A stretch of DNA of 64,000 nucleotides from Minisyncoccota bacterium. GTDB taxonomy: Bacteria > Patescibacteriota > Minisyncoccia > Phycocordibacterales > CAIJYI01. The position numbers and the translations under genes were made by a program. Under the pieces are notes generated by a model. The model worked only from the letters and a program-made list of their open reading frames with translations, did no database searches and was not told the DNA's origin. Location: NCBI GenBank assembly GCA_023229825.1, contig JALNYN010000007.1:2596-66595 (forward strand). Direction: 5' to 3'. Positions 59,143-64,000 of this stretch are shown piece after piece. Each line of letters opens with the position of its first letter. Positions within the stretch are counted from its first letter, which is position 1.

Positions 59143-60849
59143 ATGAAACAAAAAACACGTTACAAATATACGATTCTTTTGGTGTTTTTTCTTCTTTTTA
59201 CGCAAGCAAACGCCGAAGAAAACTTTTCCATTGACTTTTTAAATCTGGTACAGACAAATAGTATTTTTTTTGAACCGTTGAATAAAATAAAAATGAAGGA
59301 AACTTGGGGAAAAATGAATCTTACCACGCCTATTCGGTTTGTAAAAATTGGGATAATTGATTCTGGTTTGGATGCATCTGGAGAAAGGCATCCGGAATTC
59401 CGCGGAGTAGATTTGGGAAATACTCCAAACGATGCCAAAGTCGATACCGAACCATCAGATATTCCAGGCGCCACAGCAGGTCACGGGACACAAATTGCAG
59501 GCATTATCGGAGCCAACAATATATCGGCCAGTGGAGTTGATTTTTACGAACACCCTCAAATGAACGGAATTTTAAGTGGTGTAAAGAATTTAAATTATAC
59601 TTTGGAAATACGAAGGCCCACTTTTGCTTCGGTGTTCACAACAGATGCATGGTCGGTATTTGCAGAAATAAACAAACTTGAAAGCGAAGGGGTGGATATT
59701 ATAAATATAAGTAGCGGTTCTCCGTATTTGCCAGGCATTCATGATATTTGGTATATACCAACCTTTACGATGTTAAACAAAACCTTGTTCGTTGTATCCG
59801 CTGGTAATGATGACAGATCAGCAGAACTACAGATACCAGCAAATTATGGTGATAATTTTAATAATGTAATAACCGTCGGGTCAACAATTTTTGATGATAC
59901 GAGATTGAGTTACGGTAATTACGGAAGCGCGGTAAGTATTTCCGCACCGGGGTTAGGTCTTTACTCTCCATCACCGAGAGGAAAAGGTGATTATCCAACA
60001 GAGGTTCCAGGAATAAAAAATTATGATACCAATTTCTCCGGCACCTCCGCCTCCGCCCCTCTCGTCACCGGTGTCGCGGGACTTTTAAAAGCAATCAAAC
60101 CCTCGCTCACCCCCGCGCAAATCAAACAAATCCTCATTCGCACCGCCGACCCGATACAAACAGGGGAAACTGACAAGCGTCTCGGCGTGGGTTGTTATTT
60201 AAACCCAAACGACACGTTAAAAACCGGCTGTCGTTTAAACGCCTACCGCGCCGTCTGCGATTCGGAAGTCGGACTCAATTGCGCACCTTCCGTCATTGCC
60301 GTCAGCGATGCGACCACCATGGTAGGAACATCACCCGCCGTCCCCCTTTCTTTTATTCATCCGTCATGGTCCGCCGACCTCGACGGAGGACACGACCCGC
60401 TTCGAAACGACGGCACGTTCGATGGTTCAAAATGGATATGGGCAACTGACGGTCCAACTGATCCAACGGTTGCCGAAATCTTCACTTTTGAAAAAACATT
60501 TACAGTAAACAATCCCGTCTCTACTTCCACTTTGTATTTTGCCGTAGACGATAGCGCGACCGTCCGTCTAAATGGAAACAACATCCCCGTATCGTCCGGT
60601 AACAGTTACTCCGCCTCAACCGAAGGAGTATACGTTGTTCCGGCAAGTAATTTTGTTCTCGGGCAAAACGTTCTTTCTGTCACGGCGACAAATTATGCGG
60701 GCGGGTATGACCCGCAAGCAAATCCCGCCGGAATTCTTTTTAAACTCGTTGAGGGAACACCCGCGAGTGAAGCATTTTCCGCTTCGGCAAAATCATTGAT
60801 GTCGAATGTTGGCGCTCTTACTGTCAGTACCGATCTTTCCGGTGAATGA
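59143..60849 (+). CDS. secreted S8 (subtilisin-family) serine peptidase with C-terminal extension
   Basis: The track start is TTG; the ATG is at 59143. Signal peptide. Asp (IIDSGLD), His (HGTQIAG) and Ser (GTSASAPLVTG) catalytic motifs. Confidence 0.8.
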   Translation: MKQKTRYKYTILLVFFLLFTQANAEENFSIDFLNLVQTNSIFFEPLNKIKMKETWGKMNLTTPIRFVKIGIIDSGLDASGERHPEFRGVDLGNTPNDAKVDTEPSDIPGATAGHGTQIAGIIGANNISASGVDFYEHPQMNGILSGVKNLNYTLEIRRPTFASVFTTDAWSVFAEINKLESEGVDIINISSGSPYLPGIHDIWYIPTFTMLNKTLFVVSAGNDDRSAELQIPANYGDNFNNVITVGSTIFDDTRLSYGNYGSAVSISAPGLGLYSPSPRGKGDYPTEVPGIKNYDTNFSGTSASAPLVTGVAGLLKAIKPSLTPAQIKQILIRTADPIQTGETDKRLGVGCYLNPNDTLKTGCRLNAYRAVCDSEVGLNCAPSVIAVSDATTMVGTSPAVPLSFIHPSWSADLDGGHDPLRNDGTFDGSKWIWATDGPTDPTVAEIFTFEKTFTVNNPVSTSTLYFAVDDSATVRLNGNNIPVSSGNSYSASTEGVYVVPASNFVLGQNVLSVTATNYAGGYDPQANPAGILFKLVEGTPASEAFSASAKSLMSNVGALTVSTDLSGE

Positions 60850-60909
60850 GAAGGGAACAAAGGAATGAGGTGACCACATCTTTCAATTAGGTTCGATATT
60901 TCTAAAAGA

Positions 60910-60992
60910 TAGTACAAAAATTACCCCTATAAATAAGGGTATTTTTGACTGTTCCGAGCCTGGGACGATGTTCGGCAAGCGATAATAGAGGA
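60910..60992 (+). repeat. composite repeat: motif B (tagtacaaaaattacccctataaataagggtattttt hairpin) followed by motif A
   Basis: B at 60910-60946, A at 60954-60992. B recurs at 61516-61550. Confidence 0.6.
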
Positions 60993-61055
60993 ATAAAAAA
61001 GAAAAAGCCGAGGGAGGGTTTACAACCTCACTCGGCAGAACAATTATGTGTCTAT

Positions 61056-61400
61056 TTAGGACAAGAAAATGATCTTGGGTTTTTTGATTTGTTCAATCTC
61101 ACTTCCAATGACTTCTGTGCCTCCGAATATCCGCTTTATTCGTTTGTTAAGTTGCTTTAGAGATATCTGATTGATTAGAGTGGTAACCGGAAGCCCGGCC
61201 CATTCTTTTGGAATTTTGGCCGCGTTGTTCTGGGTCAATACACCAAGTCCCACGATCTCCGTCTTGACTAATCCAATGGCGATATATGAAATTCCTGACC
61301 CTTCAAGATATTCTTTCAGATGGTCGCGGTCTTTCAAAAGTTCTTCTATTGTTTTCGGTAGAAGATTTGTTGTTTCGTTCTCTTTTTCTATGTTATTCAT
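61056..61400 (-). CDS. hypothetical protein flanked by motif-A and motif-B repeats
   Basis: 114 aa. ATG at 61400. No recognised family. Confidence 0.4.
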   Translation of the reverse strand: MNNIEKENETTNLLPKTIEELLKDRDHLKEYLEGSGISYIAIGLVKTEIVGLGVLTQNNAAKIPKEWAGLPVTTLINQISLKQLNKRIKRIFGGTEVIGSEIEQIKKPKIIFLS

Positions 61401-61497
61401 TCTATTTTTCTCCTTTCAAAGTCTATGGTGCAAATATTTTTTTATAGGCACTCCACACTTGTTTATATCATTAAATATAAAGTAAGTCAAGTTGCGC

Positions 61498-61550
61498 TCC
61501 GAGCTTCGCAAAAGGTAGTACAAAAATACCCCTATAAAAAGGGTATTTTG
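61498..61550 (+). repeat. partial motif A plus motif B repeat
   Basis: ccgagct ... tagtacaaaaatacccctataaaaagggtattttg. Confidence 0.55.
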
Positions 61551-61557
61551 TTTGGCT

Positions 61558-61740
61558 CCGCAGGTAGGAATTTCTCTCCTTACTGGAGCAGTACACCTTT
61601 CCGATTTGTTCGGATTGCTATCCTCACAAATAGCGGAGAAGGTTTTCGAATCCTACCGCGCGAGACAAGCAGTTGTCTCGCTCGCGGAGCAATACAAAAA
61701 AGACACTTTATATAAAGTGTCTTTTTTGTATTGCTCCGCG
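61558..61740 (+). ncRNA. structured repeat element copy 2, abutting the tRNA-Asn 3' end; terminates in a 28-bp perfect palindrome
   Basis: Homologous to 57270-57475. Contains ggttttcgaatcctaccgcgcgag, which mimics the tRNA-Asn T-arm plus acceptor in the opposite orientation. A direct repeat of the tRNA 3' end (tcctacctgcggagcc, minus sense) lies at 61551-61567. The palindrome at 61683-61740 overlaps the tRNA acceptor 3' strand. Confidence 0.5.
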
Positions 61741-61771
61741 GGTAGGATTCGAACCTACGACCAATCGGTTA

Positions 61772-62359
61772 CACTTGTCCTTGTGTTACCACTAGGGGTG
61801 GACTATATCATCTCCTTGTTTGTCTTGCGACAAGTTTAGGAGTGGGGCGCTTCGGGCTGAAATGTTTTTTAAAATATTCCAGGCCTACTCCCTTGCGGGA
61901 TAGTCTCTGAACCTTTCCTGCTTCGCTAAAGCTTCACAGGACTTGGCTGCTGATTGCCCCTCAATTACTCTCGGGGTTTCCAGCAATTCACCTCATTTTT
62001 CAACCTAAGTTTCCTTAGGAAGCTGCGTGAGACCATCGTGCACTTCCATGTGACAGTTTGCGCACAAGAGAACGCATTTCGCGATCTCCTTTTGAATTTT
62101 TTCCCACGATTTCGTGAGCCCTCTAGCCGACAACCCAAAATCTTTTTTCTTTGGATCTCGGTGATGAAAACTCAATGCCCGAGGGCATTTATCGTAACCG
62201 CAGATTGCACACTTATCACCTTTATATTTGCGTGCCATTTCTCGAAGCTTTTTACGGCGTTCAGAAACAGCCTTTTTCAAATACTCTGCACGATCGGCAT
62301 AAGTTCTTGTTTCTGGCATATACATCGTAGTATACCATAGAAAAACTTATTACGTGTCC
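61772..62359 (-). mobile_element. group I intron (about 588 nt) with internal HNH endonuclease ORF
   Basis: Conserved core elements on the minus strand in canonical order: P AATTGCTGGAAA (61988-61977), Q AATCAGCAGCC (61955-61945), R GGTTCAGAGACTATCCCGC (61913-61895), S GATGATATAGTCCAC (~61812-61798). The 5' exon ends in U and the intron ends in G. Confidence 0.7.
62005..62325 (-). CDS. HNH homing-type endonuclease (intron-encoded)
   Basis: 106 aa. CAICGY...HHRDP...N...LLCANCH HNH/His-Me finger motif. Located between the 5' splice site and the P element of the intron. Confidence 0.75.
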   Translation of the reverse strand: MYMPETRTYADRAEYLKKAVSERRKKLREMARKYKGDKCAICGYDKCPRALSFHHRDPKKKDFGLSARGLTKSWEKIQKEIAKCVLLCANCHMEVHDGLTQLPKET

Positions 62360-62473
62360 ACAGCCGATTGCTCTACCGCTGAGCTACCGCGGAATGTTGT
62401 GTAGCTCTTTGTGCTTTTTGGCACTTTTTGATAATAGCAAAAAAACTCCCGAAATGCAACGAACTGGAGGGAT

Positions 62474-63316
62474 ATGTTTTATTGTATTCTTTGCGGGTCA
62501 TTTGATATAATATGGGGCATGAACGAACAATTTTTTCCTCCTGTCGAAAACGAACGGCCCGAAAACGGTTTGGGGGCGGAGTTGAATACGCTGAAGTCCG
62601 AACATTTGAACGAGGGTGTTCGCCCGATAATTGCCGGGGTGGGAACGTTAAGCGAGTTTTATCAGGAAGAAGACAGTATTGTCAGAAAAATATTTAAAGG
62701 TCCGGAGAACGATACAACACTCGACGATGTTAATTATTTTGACAGCCCCGAAAATCTGACCAACAGGAATTACAAAAATCCCAGCGAGGACTCTTACGTT
62801 ATTTCACCCGTAAACGACAAAGATAAAATATCGCGGTCATACAGAGATTGCACAGGAATAGCGGTTTCGGGCGTGGATAAAGAAACGGGAAAGAATATTT
62901 CTTTTTTAAGCCACCAGGATCCGAAGTATTTTTTGTCGGAGCAAAATACTGATGCGTTTTTTAAAGATCTCGAAGGGCAGATAGCTGAATTGAAAAAACA
63001 ATGCCTCCCCGGAACGATAGACGCCGTCATATTTGGGGGCAACTACTACGTTGGCAGAAAGGGCGGCAAGTTCAGTAAAAATTATATTGGATCGATCAAC
63101 ATTCTTTCGACAAAAATTTCTCCGCTTCTCGGATTTACTCCCGCCGTTATAACCGGACCAAAGACCGGAGACGGCGGTGAGAGCATTTATTTTGATAATG
63201 AAAATCGCCGGCTGTATATTGTCCGGCTAAGAGTGGGAGATTCTGGTACGGAAAGCTACATGCCGGCCGACATTAAGGATCAAGAAGCGAAATGGAAAAA
63301 AGACGCCGAGTGGTAG
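62474..63316 (+). CDS. hypothetical protein
   Basis: ATG at 62474 with GGAGGG RBS, 280 aa. No recognised family. Confidence 0.5.
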   Translation: MFYCILCGSFDIIWGMNEQFFPPVENERPENGLGAELNTLKSEHLNEGVRPIIAGVGTLSEFYQEEDSIVRKIFKGPENDTTLDDVNYFDSPENLTNRNYKNPSEDSYVISPVNDKDKISRSYRDCTGIAVSGVDKETGKNISFLSHQDPKYFLSEQNTDAFFKDLEGQIAELKKQCLPGTIDAVIFGGNYYVGRKGGKFSKNYIGSINILSTKISPLLGFTPAVITGPKTGDGGESIYFDNENRRLYIVRLRVGDSGTESYMPADIKDQEAKWKKDAEW

Positions 63317-63334
63317 AAAAAGGGATGCCCGACT

Positions 63335-64000
63335 TTAAATATCGTCCCCATATACTCCGCGCAACAGATCAAGATCTTTTCCGCTGGTTTTGAGAAGATG
63401 ATTATTTTTCTTTTCAAAAGATCGAAGCGCTTCCGTTCCTCGCGGATCGTCGAGTAATTTTTCGTACAGATTTGCGAAGGCGGCGAAGTCTTTGATGAAA
63501 CAGTGTCCGCCCGCGCCGCGGCCGCTTTTGTGGACCGGGTCAAGGTGGGAATCTCCGATCCTTGGGTCCGCTTTCATTGCATCGCGCACGGTTTCGTATT
63601 TCACATTCGGAATTTGCTGCGAGAGATCGTGGAGCATATTCACGAAAACGACTTTCACATACAGCCAGCAATTGCCTCCGTATTTTACCAGTTCGGCTTC
63701 CTCGGCGGTGCACACCTTTTCAAACGGCGCTTTCGGCATCACACTGAGCGCTTTTTCCGCAGCCGTCCGATATTTTTTATTATCGACCGGAATGCCGACG
63801 ATGTTGCGGTCGGGATTCGCCGTGTCGAACTTTGCGGAAACTTCGCGCAGGAATTCCGGGGAGTGCATTAATATAATATCCGGAAACTTTTTTTGCAGCT
63901 TTGCGGTCGTGCCCGGAAGGAGTGTGGATTTCAAAACGACAATTTTTCCCTTCCCGACGAGCGGAAGAACTTTGCGCAAAATGGAGTCGTCAAACCCTTT
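63335..64000 (-). CDS. UDP-glucose/GDP-mannose dehydrogenase family protein, C-terminal part (gene continues beyond the window end)
   Basis: GRGAGGHCFIKD catalytic-Cys motif and a UDPG_MGDP_dh C-terminal domain. The reading frame stays open to position 64000. Confidence 0.7.
   Translation of the reverse strand, partial: KGFDDSILRKVLPLVGKGKIVVLKSTLLPGTTAKLQKKFPDIILMHSPEFLREVSAKFDTANPDRNIVGIPVDNKKYRTAAEKALSVMPKAPFEKVCTAEEAELVKYGGNCWLYVKVVFVNMLHDLSQQIPNVKYETVRDAMKADPRIGDSHLDPVHKSGRGAGGHCFIKDFAAFANLYEKLLDDPRGTEALRSFEKKNNHLLKTSGKDLDLLRGVYGDDI

Larger units (their letters stand above)
61734..62393 (-). tRNA. tRNA-Asn(GUU) interrupted in the anticodon (between positions 35 and 36) by a group I intron
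   Basis: 5' exon 62393-62360 gives UCCGCGG-UA-GCUC-AGCGGUA-GAGC-A-AUCGG-CUGU. 3' exon 61771-61734 gives UAA-CCGAU-UGGUC-GUAGG-UUCGAAU-CCUAC-CCGCGGA-G. The joined loop CUGUUAA, U1:A72 and G73 match bacterial tRNA-Asn. Confidence 0.7.

Noticed and set aside
57270-61740. tmRNA, 6S RNA or retron msr-msd interpretation of the two structured ~200-nt elements
   Set aside because: There is no tRNA-like 5'/3' pairing with a tag reading frame and no 6S-like central bubble. No reverse transcriptase gene is adjacent; the downstream gene 57590-58816 is a beta-helix secreted protein.
61772-62359. Assignment of the group I P1 internal guide sequence
   Set aside because: I could not find a convincing complement to the 5' exon end (GGCUGU) in the first 30 nt of the intron or after the HNH ORF. 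GCAGCC at 61945-61950 is already part of Q/P6. This is left unassigned and counts as a caveat on the intron call.
61734-62393. Initial reading of the split tRNA as tRNA-His (anticodon GUG seen in the 5' half, CTGTGGA)
   Set aside because: The 3' half supplies UAA before CCGAU. Applying group I rules (exon ends in U, intron ends in G) the loop is CUGU|UAA, giving GUU, Asn. U1:A72 and discriminator G73 fit Asn rather than His (His needs C73 and G-1). A Thr(UGU) junction after U33 is the only other rule-compatible option but fits identity elements worse.

Overview
This 64-kb bacterial chromosomal window is about 50% GC up to ~47 kb and becomes more AT-rich and accessory in character after that. 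I cannot assign the organism from the sequence alone. Confident core genes: glmS; a sugar nucleotidyltransferase and dTDP-glucose 4,6-dehydratase on the minus strand; a PAS sensor histidine kinase with a clean sigma70-like promoter; a DtxR-family regulator with an FTR1/EfeU iron permease; a complete respiratory nitrate reductase locus (minus-strand DGC-domain protein and NarK-like transporter, divergent from plus-strand narGHJI); rsgA; a minus-strand two-component cluster (hybrid kinase, PAS kinase, membrane protein, small ORF, receiver); and pntA-pntB. There are two secreted proteins of about 1500 aa. One combines CBM-like, Ig-like, GSDH beta-propeller and PKD domains. The other has three parallel beta-helix modules plus a GHSMGG alpha/beta-hydrolase domain. 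The 47-64 kb segment carries a Bro-N-like protein, a zinc-ribbon ORF, mntP, an RBBP9/YdeN-type hydrolase, an S66-like peptidase, a standalone divergent GGDEF-like protein, an IS200-like HUH Y1 transposase of the REP-associated (RAYT) type flanked by inverted REP-like repeats, GH30, a TylF-type methyltransferase, a beta-helix secreted protein, an S8 protease, and a tRNA-Asn(GUU) split in the anticodon by a ~588-nt group I intron that encodes an HNH endonuclease. Non-coding structure is rich. A palindromic GTCATTCCGG...CCGGAATCCACG repeat family sits at nine intergenic loci. Two MITE-like elements share TATCTCCTCAC terminal inverted repeats. A ~190-nt structured repeat occurs twice with compensatory stem changes, one copy abutting the tRNA-Asn 3' end. 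There are also shared terminator hairpins and short repeat motifs. No CRISPR array and no rRNA were seen. Both window edges cut genes: a secreted protein at the start and a UDP-glucose dehydrogenase at the end. Non-ORF coordinates were read by hand from the printed sequence and may be off by a few nt.
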